Positions 1 through 11,350 of a stretch of 32,000 bases of DNA are shown here, piece by piece. Source of the DNA: a cyanobacterium endosymbiont of Rhopalodia gibberula (lineage in GTDB: Bacteria > Cyanobacteriota > Cyanobacteriia > Cyanobacteriales > Microcystaceae); contig NZ_AP018341.1 in assembly GCF_003574135.1 (NCBI RefSeq), positions 1,865,740-1,897,739 of the forward strand. Reading direction: 5' to 3'. The notes beneath the pieces are model-generated. The model worked only from the letters and a program-made list of their open reading frames with translations. It searched no databases and was not told where the DNA came from. The position numbers and the translations under genes are program-made. Numbering within the stretch: the first letter of the stretch is position 1; each line of letters opens with the position of its first letter.

Positions 1-32
1 CAACAGTCATTGGAATAAACTCAATAGATTTC

Positions 33-236
33 ATGAGTAATTTACCTCAATCCCCTCAACCTACTGACATGCCATCTTTATCTCCTAATGCTACTCCTAG
101 TGACACATCATCAAGTTACGTCAGACTGGCAATGCGTAACATGGTTCGTAAAAGAGGAACTTCCATTAAGCACTTTGTAGTAACAACGGTAGGCTTATTA
201 GGATTTCTTATTAGCATTTCCTATTTAACTCGTTAA
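33..236 (+). CDS. DUF3285-like small cyanobacterial membrane protein
   Basis: 67 aa ORF with a conserved-looking C-terminal single TM segment (YVRLAMRNMVRKRGTSIKHFVVTTVGLLGFLISISYLTR). It ends 13 nt before ybeY. Confidence 0.7.
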   Translation: MSNLPQSPQPTDMPSLSPNATPSDTSSSYVRLAMRNMVRKRGTSIKHFVVTTVGLLGFLISISYLTR

Positions 237-249
237 AATCGAGGGTATC

Positions 250-786
250 ATGGCACCTTCTCCCGTAAAAACCTTAACTGTTGACCTTTATCTTCAGGAT
301 GTTTTTAACTGCGAAGCATCAAATGATTCAGATATCTCTGACATTATTACAGCAACTTGGCAACAGTGGATTCAAACTTGGTTAGAAGAACTACACTCAA
401 TAATTACTATATCCGGGGCTTACGAACTGAGTCTAAGGTTAACCAGCGATTACGAAATACAAACTTTGAATAACCAATATCGTCATAAAAACCAACCCAC
501 AGATGTCTTAGCGTTTGCCGCTCTTGAAGTTAAAGTTCCTCAATCATCGGAAAAAATAAGTGCTGATGAATCTCTATATTTAGGCGATATTATCATTTCG
601 GTGGATACAGCTAAACAACAGGCACGACAAAACCATCATTCTCTAACTGTAGAATTAGCATGGTTAGTGGCTCATGGACTTCTACACCTTTTAGGTTGGG
701 ATCATCCAGATGAAGAAAGTTTACTACAGATGCTTGCACAACAAGAAACTTTGTTAAAGCTTGTGGGCCTTCAGCCAAATAATTGA
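250..786 (+). CDS. ybeY: Endoribonuclease YbeY (rRNA maturation factor)
   Basis: 178 aa ORF with the metal-binding motif HGLLHLLGWDHP and upstream NxxYRHKNQPTDVLAF. Confidence 0.95.
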   Translation: MAPSPVKTLTVDLYLQDVFNCEASNDSDISDIITATWQQWIQTWLEELHSIITISGAYELSLRLTSDYEIQTLNNQYRHKNQPTDVLAFAALEVKVPQSSEKISADESLYLGDIIISVDTAKQQARQNHHSLTVELAWLVAHGLLHLLGWDHPDEESLLQMLAQQETLLKLVGLQPNN

Positions 787-866
787 TATATTGAATTAAT
801 TTAATTGTTTCAATTCCACAGTATTTCCAATAAGATTTAACAGTTCCATCGTAAAATTTTAAGATA

Positions 867-1394
867 ATGAAAACAAATTTACACTTGAACCAATCCTCCT
901 GTACTCAGTTAGTTGCCCCTTCCCCATTGCCTTCTGGTGTTTCCTTCAGGAGCTATCCTAGTCTTCAGACAAGCTCAACTGCAGAATTAAAATTACATTC
1001 CCAACGGCAATTGGCTTGGCAAATTGCCCCTAACTTGTTTTTAAGTTTTAAATATGCTTGGGCTGGCATTTGTTACGCTTTTGAGACTCAACGTAATTTC
1101 CGTATTCATACCGCCATGACCGTGATTGCCATTAGCCTAGGACTATTTTTACAAGTCACTGGTGTAGCCTTGGCTATTGTTTCTCTAACCTGCGCTCTCG
1201 TAATGGTTTTAGAGTTATTGAATACTGCTTTAGAATCGGTGGTTGATCTAACCGTAGGTCAGTCTTACCATATGCTAGCTAAAATTGCTAAAGATTGTGC
1301 TGCCGGAGCGGTAATGGTTGGGGCAATGGCAGCGGTTTTAGTCGCCAGTTTTATTTTGTTACCCTCTTTGGTTCCTTTTCTTCTTACCCTGTAA
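867..1394 (+). CDS. dgkA: Diacylglycerol kinase family protein
   Basis: 175 aa ORF containing FKYAWAGICYAFETQRNFRIH and the signature ELLNTALESVVDLTVGQSYHMLAKIAKDCAAGAV, typical of DgkA/undecaprenol kinase. Confidence 0.9.
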   Translation: MKTNLHLNQSSCTQLVAPSPLPSGVSFRSYPSLQTSSTAELKLHSQRQLAWQIAPNLFLSFKYAWAGICYAFETQRNFRIHTAMTVIAISLGLFLQVTGVALAIVSLTCALVMVLELLNTALESVVDLTVGQSYHMLAKIAKDCAAGAVMVGAMAAVLVASFILLPSLVPFLLTL

Positions 1395-1470
1395 GACTTT
1401 GCGTTAAGGTCAAAGACAGATTTTGGGCGGAGACTAACTGCTCCCCCAGTAAGCCTCAAGGAGACAAGTA

Positions 1471-2100
1471 TTGATTCTTATTATCGATAATTACGACAGT
1501 TTTACTTACAATTTGGTGCAGTATTTAGGAGAACTGGGTGCCGAACTTCCCGTGGCTTTAGATATCCAAGTTTACCGTAATGATCAAATTACTCTTGATA
1601 AGATTCGTTATCTACAACCGAATGGAGTTGTGATTTCTCCAGGGCCAGGCCGTCCTGATGATGCAGGAATATCCCTCGCGTTAATTGAACAGTTAGGACC
1701 AACTCTACCCATTTTAGGGGTCTGTTTAGGTCATCAAAGTCTTGGTCAAGTTTATGGAGGACAGGTTGTAGCCGCACCTCTGTCAATGCACGGCAAAACC
1801 TCTCAGATCTATCATAGGGGAGTCGGAGTGTTTACAGGTTTAGAGAATCCTTTTAGTGCCACTCGTTATCATAGTTTAGTGGTAGATCGAGATAGCTTAC
1901 CACAAGTATTTGAAATAACTGCTTGGGTTGAAGACGGTACCATTATGGGGCTTCAACATAAAGGTTATCCTAACCTTCAAGGGGTGCAATTCCACCCGGA
2001 AAGTATCTTAACTCCATCAGGAAAACAACTTTTACGTAATTTTTTGGTCAGTTTGGAAAATTTTGACAATCAAGAAATCAAGAACGGGAAAATGTCTTAA
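1471..2100 (+). CDS. trpG: Anthranilate/aminodeoxychorismate synthase component II (glutamine amidotransferase)
   Basis: 209 aa ORF: [42 protein letters not shown] nucleophile motif, GVQFHPES. trpG and pabA cannot be separated from sequence alone. Confidence 0.93.
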   Translation: MILIIDNYDSFTYNLVQYLGELGAELPVALDIQVYRNDQITLDKIRYLQPNGVVISPGPGRPDDAGISLALIEQLGPTLPILGVCLGHQSLGQVYGGQVVAAPLSMHGKTSQIYHRGVGVFTGLENPFSATRYHSLVVDRDSLPQVFEITAWVEDGTIMGLQHKGYPNLQGVQFHPESILTPSGKQLLRNFLVSLENFDNQEIKNGKMS

Positions 2101-4245
2101 CCGTTTTGGTAACTGCTATAAATTCCAAAAGGAATAAGTTAATCAAATAAGTAATAGATAAAGTAGGGTGTTAACCAAAAACGAGTTTTTATAAGTCCAA
2201 GAACTTTTAGATTCACCCTACCTACTATGCTTGACTAACAATTAAATCTTAGAATAAGTTTTAAGATTTAATTTGTATTAAAATTTATAGCTACACTTCA
2301 ACAATTTTTTCTCTTCTTAAGGAATAGGATTTATTCTAAAAACCAGTTTTATAAAAAAATGTTTAATTATTATCTTTTTATAGAGATAATCTTATAGAAG
2401 ATTACTAATATTTTTTAAACTTTAAACTTGAGATTTAATTTCTTTTACATCACTAGGTTTCTCTCTAGGTTTCTCTATTGTAGGTAAGTACAATAATTTT
2501 AAAAAACTTTTATATTTAGTTTTTAACAGTTGGTTATCTTGCTTTTAATACTGACATTACTTCTCAATCTTAATTTTTAGTTAAATTATTAATATTAATA
2601 TCTTCAAGAAGATAATATTGTCTTTTAATTCCTATAAGTAGTGGTCTATTTTGTTTTTAATACGCTCAGTTAACCTTCTTTATAACTTCATAATGGCGTA
2701 TTTTAGTTTCAGTATCTTTTCTCTTAATCAAAATAAAAAGAAGCAGTATATTTTAAATAAATTTGCCAAATTTTTGTGGATTTATAAAATTTAGTAGCAG
2801 ATTCTCAAATAAATTCTAATAAATCTCTTTTTTAAGAGTTATAAGTATATAAATTAGAAAGCCCGTTTGATAAATTTTTGCTGAAGTCAAAATTCTCATT
2901 AAAATAATTATTAAATATATTGTCAAACTCCTAATTTTTATCTTTTCTTTTTGTACTAATTACTCATATAAATTGAAGATTATTATAAAAACTTATAGTA
3001 TCTTATTGTTTTATATTACCTATTTCTTCTGTGCTTAAAACTTACTCAAATAGATTCTGAATCTCATCATAAAGTTTAATCAGTTTTTTAAAACTTTAGT
3101 ATTATTTTTCAAATACTTAAGTAACAATAGAATATCTTTTTTCAAGTAACTTCTTTGATTCTTTATGTTTATGTTCTCTTCATTGAAGAAGCTATGTTCA
3201 TGATAAAAAGAAAGTTTTAAAAAATTTTTTTGAGGTTGGTTATTATTAATAATATGTATGATTTTAGAAAAAATTATACACTCTTTCTGAATCCTAACTA
3301 ATTTATTATACGTATTGATGTTAAGGCAACTGTAATGTTAATACCTATCTAAATTTCAGTACTTACCAATTAACTAGGTGAATTTAAATAATTTTAATAT
3401 ATAAAAATAATTGGTAATAACCGTAGCATAAATATTATACTTGAATTTTTTAAAAAAAATTATGTTTACTATTGAACGTTTATTTGAAGTTTTTAATTAA
3501 AAGTTCTTGCTGAAGATAGATTTATTATTAAATAATATACGTATTAATGATAAGAGTTATTTAATGAATTTATAATAAATTCTGTTGTTAATTTAGAATA
3601 TTTTTTGGATAAAAATTAACTATTTATTAAATGTTAATAACAGTATTTATTTTCAATTAATTATGATAAGTAAGCAGAACAAACAGTCTAGTTAAACTCT
3701 CGTTCTAAGATTATTAAAGTTAATTAAGCGATTAGCTTATCTTCCAATCAATTGAGTTTTATGATCGACCAGCAATGATTATTCCTTGACTATTGGAAGA
3801 TCTTGAACATACTCTTCCTGTAGCTACTCGTTGGATCGAATATCCCGACCCTCTACCAATGCTGATGTCTAATACAATCAAGGAAAGACGATGTTAATTA
3901 GTAAATTTGCCGGAATTAAAAAATACAATCCCGATTTTCGAAAAAAATGTAAAAATTGAAACAATAGATACCAACTCTAATCACCAAAACTTAGAAATAG
4001 AGAAAAAATAGCATTTTAGGAGATACTTTTCGATATTTTTAGAGACTCTTCATTCAGAGAAAATAAAGGAGGAGTTTGATATAGATTTATCATTTTGTAG
4101 AGTAGACGAGAATTCGGTGATATATAACCATTTAAGATAGTTTTATATCTGTTGACCCTAAGGTCTAGGAATTTATCAGGAACAGTCCTAAAAAGATCAT
4201 GGGAGCAGTTTATCGATGATAGTCAGGAGTCATCCCATAAGTGGG

Positions 4246-4422
4246 TCAAGCTTCCCTGAAAGAAAAATAAATAATGTCAGATTTAGGTAACAAATTGAAA
4301 CCCTGTATTTCCTCACCGCAGTAAAATTGTCGCACAATTCGATCGTGACAAAGGTCGTAAAGATTGTCCACCGTCAAGACTTCAATCCAGTCATCACTTG
4401 AGCTATGTTGTAGGAACATCAT
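4246..4422 (-). pseudogene. Truncated small conserved cyanobacterial protein (relic)
   Basis: Minus-strand reading MMFLQHSSSDDWIEVLTVDNLYDLCHDRIVRQFYCGEEIQGFNLLPKSDIIYFSFREA*. It resembles a small cyanobacterial family of about 70 aa that normally ends ...FPSGE.LP.CW.DP.YR. Here the C-terminus is lost or frameshifted. Confidence 0.5.
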
Positions 4423-4555
4423 TTTTTTCGTTACTATTCCCTGACAATTTCAGTGCACACACATACCCAAGATAGTAAGTTAAACTATATACAATTTTGC
4501 AAAATAAAGCTGAAACTGTTAAGAATTAAGAGATAGTCTCCTTAAAAATATTAGC

Positions 4556-5122
4556 GTGAAAAATATTAACGTGTCCTTCAACTTTCCGTTAACCTTTCGT
4601 ATTTCTTCGCTTATCCGTATCACTTTAGTTAGTCTTTATTTTTCCCTGACTCTTCCCCTTCCCTTCCTTGTAGACGTTACATCCGTTTCTATTCCTCCTT
4701 TTATGTTATGGACAGGAATCGTCATGGGCTTCATAGTTTTAGTAGGAGCTTTAAGTGAACGGGTTATTGTGGATGAGGATACTATAAAAGTGACTTATCC
4801 TAGTTGGGTTCCCTCTTTTCTCTGTAAAGGATGGTCTTTGCCTTGGTCAGAAATTAAAGATTTAAGATTGCGCACTACTGGACAGGGGGGGCTTGTTTAC
4901 TATTTTGTTTCTCGTGAGGCTCAAACAGCGTATTTATTACCGATGCGAATCGCTGGATTTTCCCGTTTGGTAAATATTGTTACCGAAAAAACAGAAATTG
5001 ATACCACTGATATTCGTCCCTTACCTCAACCTTGGATGTATTTAGTTTTATTAGTATTAACTTTATTTTTAATAATAGTAGATGGCTGGACTATCACTAC
5101 TGCAATAGGTATGGGACGCTAG
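4556..5122 (+). CDS. Conserved cyanobacterial membrane protein (PH-like/photosystem-assembly-type hypothetical)
   Basis: 188 aa ORF with two N-terminal TM segments, a soluble middle (LPWSEIKDLRLRTTGQGGLVYYFVSREAQTAYLLPMRIAGF) and a C-terminal TM. Confidence 0.75.
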   Translation: MKNINVSFNFPLTFRISSLIRITLVSLYFSLTLPLPFLVDVTSVSIPPFMLWTGIVMGFIVLVGALSERVIVDEDTIKVTYPSWVPSFLCKGWSLPWSEIKDLRLRTTGQGGLVYYFVSREAQTAYLLPMRIAGFSRLVNIVTEKTEIDTTDIRPLPQPWMYLVLLVLTLFLIIVDGWTITTAIGMGR

Positions 5123-5186
5123 AGAAACTAAAGTTTCTTGGGTGATTCTTCCCCTTTTTTCTACCGTAACTCACCAAAATGGTTTG

Positions 5187-5218
5187 TAGGGTGTGTCGCG
5201 TTGCGCTCATACATCCTA
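5187..5218. repeat. Short palindromic element, REP-like
   Basis: TAGGGTGTGT ... ATACATCCTA pair (10 bp stem including G.U pairs) around CGCGTTGCGCTC. It resembles the frequent cyanobacterial 'GTAGGGTGTGT..GCG' intergenic palindromes. Confidence 0.45.
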
Positions 5219-6782
5219 TAGTTCTTCTAAGATTTACTTAATAAAAAGTTCTTTATTTTTTGAGAAAACATCTCCCATATGAACTACAGGGTAGGAAGAT
5301 TAGGTCTTATAAACTATATTATTTTTTAGTCTCATTTACAGGAATATAAATAGTTGCAGATAAATAAACAACCCTATATTAAAAACTTTTAAAAAAGCAT
5401 GTAAGTTTTCAAATTTTACTAAAGTAAAAATACTTTTTTAATAAAAGGCTTAAATAAAGTTCAGAACTAATAGAAAGATTAGTGAGTGTAAGTTTGGTAC
5501 TAATTTTGAATATACTTAGACAATATTTAGACTTTTCTCTTTAATTATTAGTCAATGAACTTACTATATTTTGTAATCCTTAACAAGAAATATTTCTACT
5601 TTTAAACTATTTTTTTTGAGTAAAATTTAATAGTTTATATTACTGCGATTACCAACTTATATTCGTATTTTTATAACCAAGTAAGTTTCAATAACTGTAA
5701 AATATAAAAGTAGTTTAAAAAGAGCAATCACTAGATATTAGTTTGTCTAAAAGTCTATCAAATACAATTATAAAAGTAAAAACTATCAAAGTTAACTTGT
5801 GTTCACAAATTACTCTAAAATGAGAATGAAAACAGAAACCTTCTGTTTAGATCTAAGGGGCTGAAAAGTTAAAGAAAAATAGGTTAAACGATTAGAAGAT
5901 GAAATTTTAAAAACAATTTATATATGGATAATTTAAGGAATTAAATGATTTGGTTTTAACAAATAAAAAAAAGAAAAAATAGAAGAAAAAAATATAATAG
6001 TGGAGGATTATCTAGAATTTAAAAAAGAGAATAAATTAAACTAACTTTTAAATTAAATAAGTTCGCGATTTTTTTTAAAATGGTAAGAAATAGAAATAAA
6101 GAAAAGTGAGTATTATAATTAATAATCTACAAAAAGAGAAGCTAAAAAAGAAGATTAGAAGATATTGAGTTATTCAAAAAAAATAAAAGTATAAAGTTAA
6201 AATACTTAGATGAAGCAGGTTTATATTTATAAAACACAGTAATTTGTACTTATATAAAAATTAGGAAATAGAAAATGATTCCATAGAGTTAAATAGAATT
6301 AAAATTTGATCCAAAAATTGTAAAAATTTAAAGTTTGTTTTGTGAGAAAAGCTCTATTTTATTCAAGAAAACTTGTGAGCTATCTGAATATTATCTTAAC
6401 CATACTTAAACAAAATTTTTACAGATAAATTCGTAAAAATTACTAATATAATTGGAAATTATTAATCAATAAAATCAGTAAATATATCTTTTTAAACTTA
6501 TATTTAATTTGATTTCTACTAATAAATTAAATACTTTTTATTTCTCGTTTCTGTAAATATAAGTGAGTTAATTTTAGAAATCTAGCGCTAAAGAGAATTA
6601 GTTGACTGACCATTCTTTTCTAGAAGTGTCTTCGTTAGTGATTACTTCTGATTTAGCTTTATAAAAACTATAAATTACCTTATCTCCGGCAAAATTATTG
6701 TATTTTTAAGGGGTATTTTAAATAATTTTAACTTTCAACAATGCGATCACTTCTCTCAATAAGTAGCCTCAGCTTTAAACAC

Positions 6783-7223
6783 TGGGTATTACTTTTTACT
6801 AGGGGTTTATCTCAAAAAATGATTGAGGTTCTTGAAGTAGCTTCTAATTATTTATGAGGGTTAACAGCCGCTTTTATTTTAAACATTCTCAATTATCTTA
6901 ATTGGCGTTCTGATAGTAATTTTGATGTCAGTTTGTTTGAACACTGCATTATCTATAATCGTGAGCTGAACTTTATTGAAATGGGTTTATTTTGTCAGTG
7001 ATCATATCAGGCTTACTTAGAAAAAGCTAATTTAACCAAAAATATCATTGATAAAGAATGCATCCTCACCGAAAATTGTCAAATTTATTTTAAGTGGTCA
7101 GAGAAATTGTATATGGAGCTATGCCCTCTATCAATTAATTCATTAAACCAGTCAATAATAATCATTCTTGCCAACCGTTCTGAATCGTTTCTTTATTCTA
7201 GTCAATGCAATCTGATCTTTTAA
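6783..7223 (+). pseudogene. Anonymous coding relic with internal TGA
   Basis: One frame reads WVLLFTRGLSQKMIEVLEVASNYYEGLTAALILNILNYLNWRSDSNFDVSLFEHCIIYNRELNFIEMGLFCQ*SYQAYLEKANLTKNIIDKECILTENCQIYFKWSEKLYMELCPL..., with a single TGA at 6999-7001. The composition is protein-like and unlike the flanking AT tracts. Family not recognised. Confidence 0.5.
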
Positions 7224-7577
7224 GCAAATTACAAACCCCTGCCCGGAGATGGACACGAGATCTCATCAGATCAGAGGACAAATTAGCTTATCTTTTCCTT
7301 AAGTCTTGATTTCACAACCTGGACAAGCTCTATACACAAAATTTTCCTATAAATATCTATTGCTAAAACCTTATTTAGGTTGACAAAAAATAGCGATTTT
7401 CTCAAAAAGAGACAATGATACTTGTTGCCATCGGAACTCTCACTAATAAAAGTTAATGATGATTACCATAGAAATTAGCTAAATTAAACTTGAAAAACCA
7501 TTAAAGTTAATCTATGATTTGAGTAGGTTACTTAATACTTCAGCAGACTTAAAATCTCGCACTAGAGGAAACGCCCA

Positions 7578-8507
7578 TTGATTCAAGCCACCCTACATCA
7601 GTTAAAAGTCTTTGAGACTATGGCCCGTCATGGGAGTTTTACCCGTGCAGCAGAAGAATTGTTAATTACTCAACCTACAGTATCAAGTCAAATTAAACAA
7701 CTAACAAAAGTCATTGGTCTACCGTTGTTTGAACAAATTGGCAAACGTCTTTATCTAACTGAAGCCGGAAAAGAATTACTTCAAACATGTCAGGAGATCT
7801 TTGGAAGGTTAGAAAATTTTGAGATGAAAGTAGCGGACTTAAAAGGAACCCGACAAGGACAATTAAGATTAGCAATTATTACCACAGCAAAATATTTTAT
7901 TCCTCGAATTTTAGGTACATTTTGCCAACAATATCCCGGCATTGATATCTCCTTAAATGTCACCAATCATCAACATATCCAGGAACGTATGATGGAAAAC
8001 CGAGATGATTTGTATGTTGTAAGTGAACCTCCTGATGGCATGGGATTATCAACTCAACCTTTTCTTGATAATAATTTAGTAGTGATTGCCCCTAAAAACC
8101 ATCCATTAGCGGGAAAACAAAATATTCCTATCACCAATCTTGATGATGAAGTTTTCATCATGCGTGAATCAGGCTCAGGGACTCGACGGGCAATACAAAA
8201 GCTGTTCTATCAACATGGTTTATCTGTTGAAGTACGCCTAGAATTAGGAAGTAATGAGGCGATTAAACATGCGATCGCAGGTAACCTAGGGATTTCTATT
8301 CTTTCTCAACATACGCTTATTTCTGAGGGAAAGGATAGTGAACTAACTATACTTGATGTGGAACATTTTCCGATCAGACGTCGTTGGTATGTAGCATATT
8401 TAGAAGATAAACAACTATCAGTGGTAGCTCAAGCGTTTTTAGACTATCTACTTCAAGAGAACGCGAATTTTTCTGTCCCTCCTGTTAGTCTCCTAGCAAA
8501 AGCTTGA
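7578..8507 (+). CDS. LysR-family transcriptional regulator, CmpR/NdhR(CcmR)-like
   Basis: 309 aa ORF with TTG start. HTH: LHQLKVFETMARHGSFTRAAEELLITQPTVSSQIKQLTKVIGLPLFEQIGKRLYLTEAG. LysR substrate domain: RLAIITTAKYFIPRILGTFCQQYPGIDISL. Confidence 0.92.
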   Translation: MIQATLHQLKVFETMARHGSFTRAAEELLITQPTVSSQIKQLTKVIGLPLFEQIGKRLYLTEAGKELLQTCQEIFGRLENFEMKVADLKGTRQGQLRLAIITTAKYFIPRILGTFCQQYPGIDISLNVTNHQHIQERMMENRDDLYVVSEPPDGMGLSTQPFLDNNLVVIAPKNHPLAGKQNIPITNLDDEVFIMRESGSGTRRAIQKLFYQHGLSVEVRLELGSNEAIKHAIAGNLGISILSQHTLISEGKDSELTILDVEHFPIRRRWYVAYLEDKQLSVVAQAFLDYLLQENANFSVPPVSLLAKA

Positions 8508-10542
8508 GACTTAACGTAAAAATTGAGTTTCTACTAAACTTGTTATGTAAAAATTAAGCATATAAAGACTATAGTCTGATTATCAATAATAGGTGTAACA
8601 AAAGCTAACTCATTTAGATGGACAATGTTTTAGCTGGTTTTGTGTTTAAATTTAAATATACTAGTCCTAAGGTTTTTACTCGACTTACACATATAGCATC
8701 AAATACTCTACTCGGTTTAATCGATAAGATTCTAAATTTTTAAATACTTATCACTATCCATCATTAGATTTTAAATGAGATAGGAGTAGTTTTACTTATC
8801 GAAAAAATAGGTATAATATTTACTTTTATCTATTAAAATTAGACTATGAGAAAACTTCATCTAAATAATCAATTCTATTAAAGATTTATCTTGTACACAA
8901 AAATCAGTCTATCTCAGAATTAATCTTTATTAAGTTAAATATAATCAACATTTAAATAAATTTAAAGAATAGTTAAGTCTCTTAAAAGAAAAAGAGTATA
9001 TCTGGAAAAATTTTAAATAAAAATCATTGAAGCAATTTTAACTAGTGACATCATATAGTTTAATCTAGTTAAAGTAATGAAGTGAGTGCACAACAACTAG
9101 AAACAATGCTCAAAGATTTAGTGTAAAAATTACAAATAAAAAAACCTTAGATATTGAAAAAATTGGCAGTTACTAAAAACATCTTAATCGATAAATAATA
9201 AAATTGTTATGTAGTGTTAATGTATTTAGATACAAAGAGTGAGGGTAAGTTTACAGAAACAATAAAATATAAATTACTACTAAAATAGTTAAAAATATTA
9301 AAATAATTAGCTTTTAACTATATCAAATATATTTATATGTTTTGGTAAAAAGTATAATAATGTTGCATGTTAATTAACATAATAATCTAAATTATTAACA
9401 AATAAATATCATGAAATTAAACAGATTAACGCTAAGTCAGATAGCTATAAAAAACTTTTTAGTAAGTTAATAAAAATCTTTAAATATTAATGGTATAAAA
9501 CATATAATTTCTAAATTAGAAACTAAAATAAAGTAAAATTAAACAATATATGTTAAACATTAGTAGCCCTCTTGATATATACTAATCAACAGAATAATTA
9601 AGAAAATTATTTAAGATATCAAGAATGATATCAAGACCATTTAAATTGGCTAATTAATATCAAATATTTTATTTATGATACTTGTAAAATAGTAATACTT
9701 TCATCTTAATTTTGAAAAAATTATTACTTATTTTAGACAAGAAATAGTAAAGAATATTAATGGTAAAGCTAAGTTAATTGAAAGGAAGACTTATAGGATC
9801 ATAAATTTTGTATTTTTTTATACTAAAACTTTTTTACTTGATATTTTACTAATTATTTCTACATTATTATTTCAGTAAAACCAGAATTTATAATCAAAAA
9901 TAGTCAGTAATTTATACCTAATTAACAATAATCTAAAGTCTAAAAATCAGATTGCCTAAGAAGAAGAACTACTTGACGTAATCTTAAAAATTATTTATTT
10001 AACTCAATTACAAATTGTCAATTTTTTCCTAAGAGAAAACACTACTTTTTGGTTCTTTTAGATATAAAAACTGAACTGACTCAATAAAATTTAATTAAAT
10101 ATCCAAAATTAGATTTAATAAAGGTTAATTTTGGATAGATAAGTTAGCCAAATTCCATTAACCAACAGTTTTTATATCATGTAATTATTTCAGAATTAGC
10201 CATTAATTATCAACCAAATTAGTGTATAAATAAATTCATAGCCTTCCTAAACCAGAGAGTTTGTTTCTAAATTTAGAACAGGTTGCTTCTCTATCACTTC
10301 TAGGAGAAAAGGTTTTTGATCAACTCTCTATTAATCTCATCAATAAGTTAACTAATAATATTTAAATTGTTTTAATAAAAAAGCTAATATACTCACTTTA
10401 GTGACAATCCAATGTCAATAGTCAAAATAAATTTAGTTTATTTATTTTGACTGTTTTATAAAAACTTTATTTTTTTTATTTAAAATAAAAAATATTATTA
10501 CTAATAGTTATACTTTTTTTAAAAAAATAAAGTAGCCATAAA

Positions 10543-11350
10543 TAAATTTAAACTCGTTCATGTCTTCAACTCATTAAACCTAAAGATAATGCCTATTCTA
10601 TAGTAATTCAACTACTTTATAAAAACCCAGTAATTGCTTGATAATCAAAAGTATAGTCAATAATTCTATCCCACAAAGAAGCAACAGAAATCTACTAATC
10701 ATCAGATTTGATTACTTCAAGTTAACAATTATTTATAGTTTCTTTGTATTTAGGTAAAGTAATGATATAAGATAAATAATAAACCCAATAAATTTGTACC
10801 AAGTATTGGTTTTCATTCAAAGTTAACTCAATTGTAAGAGAATTAATAGAAAAATAACCACAAGTTGCTAAAATCAAAATCGCCCCTGGTTTAAGTACTT
10901 CATAATACTTTTCAAGTAGTTTAGTTTTATCGGGCATATGTTCGCCACTTTCAAGGAACCAGACTAGGTCAAAATTATTATCCTAATAAGGGATATTTAA
11001 GGCATTAGTTACCTGAAAATTAACTGTAGATATTTTCTTGATAGTTAGCTAATTTTTAATTGAATTAGTGAACTTAAAATTTTTATCAAATTAATATAAA
11101 TTTCTGGACAAAACTTGATTATTTCTTCTAAATAAACAATGGCTTTATGTTAGCAACTTAGTCTAACTTGACAACGTACTTATTACTATCAAGTATAGTC
11201 ACTTTTTAGTATAGTATTCATATCTTTTTTATAAAAATTAATCTCTTCATAGAGAAGGTACAATTGTGATCAAATTTGCGCTTGATAATACCATGAACAA
11301 TAATCGTTCGATTTAATTTCTAAAGCTTTTCCTATGGTACTGTTTTCAAC
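10543..11350 (-). pseudogene. Gamma-tocopherol methyltransferase-type SAM methyltransferase, decayed
   Basis: Minus strand reads VNFQVTNALNIP...(N)FDLVWFLESGEHMPDKTKLLEKYYEVLKPGAILILATCGYF...YLVQIYWVYYLSYIITLPKYKETINNC*LEVIKSDD**ISVASLWDRIIDYTFDYQAITGFL*SS*ITIE*ALSLGLMS*RHERV. The N-terminal remnant NDYCSWYYQAQI* lies near 11.28-11.33 kb. Outer boundaries are approximate. Confidence 0.85.

Noticed and set aside
1265-1459. 64 aa minus-strand ORF
   Set aside because: Antisense to the end of dgkA, low-complexity translation, no family features.
1589-1786. 65 aa minus-strand ORF
   Set aside because: Fully antisense within trpG.
3760-3900. Possible coding relic reading LLEDLEHTLPVATRWIEYPDPLPMLMSNTIKERRC
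   Set aside because: Protein-like but short, and no family recognised. Kept only as background evidence for decay.
8271-8278. GCGATCGC (HIP1 octamer)
   Set aside because: Common cyanobacterial motif inside a CDS. A single clear copy is noted here and carries no specific meaning.
8618-8743. 41 aa ORF MDNVLAGFVFKFKYTSPKVFTRLTHIASNTLLGLIDKILNF
   Set aside because: Too short and unsupported. Could be a relic but cannot be separated from chance.
10722-10937. 71 aa minus-strand ORF as an independent gene
   Set aside because: It is the middle fragment of the methyltransferase pseudogene. Homologous sequence continues in frame past its stop and upstream of its ATG.
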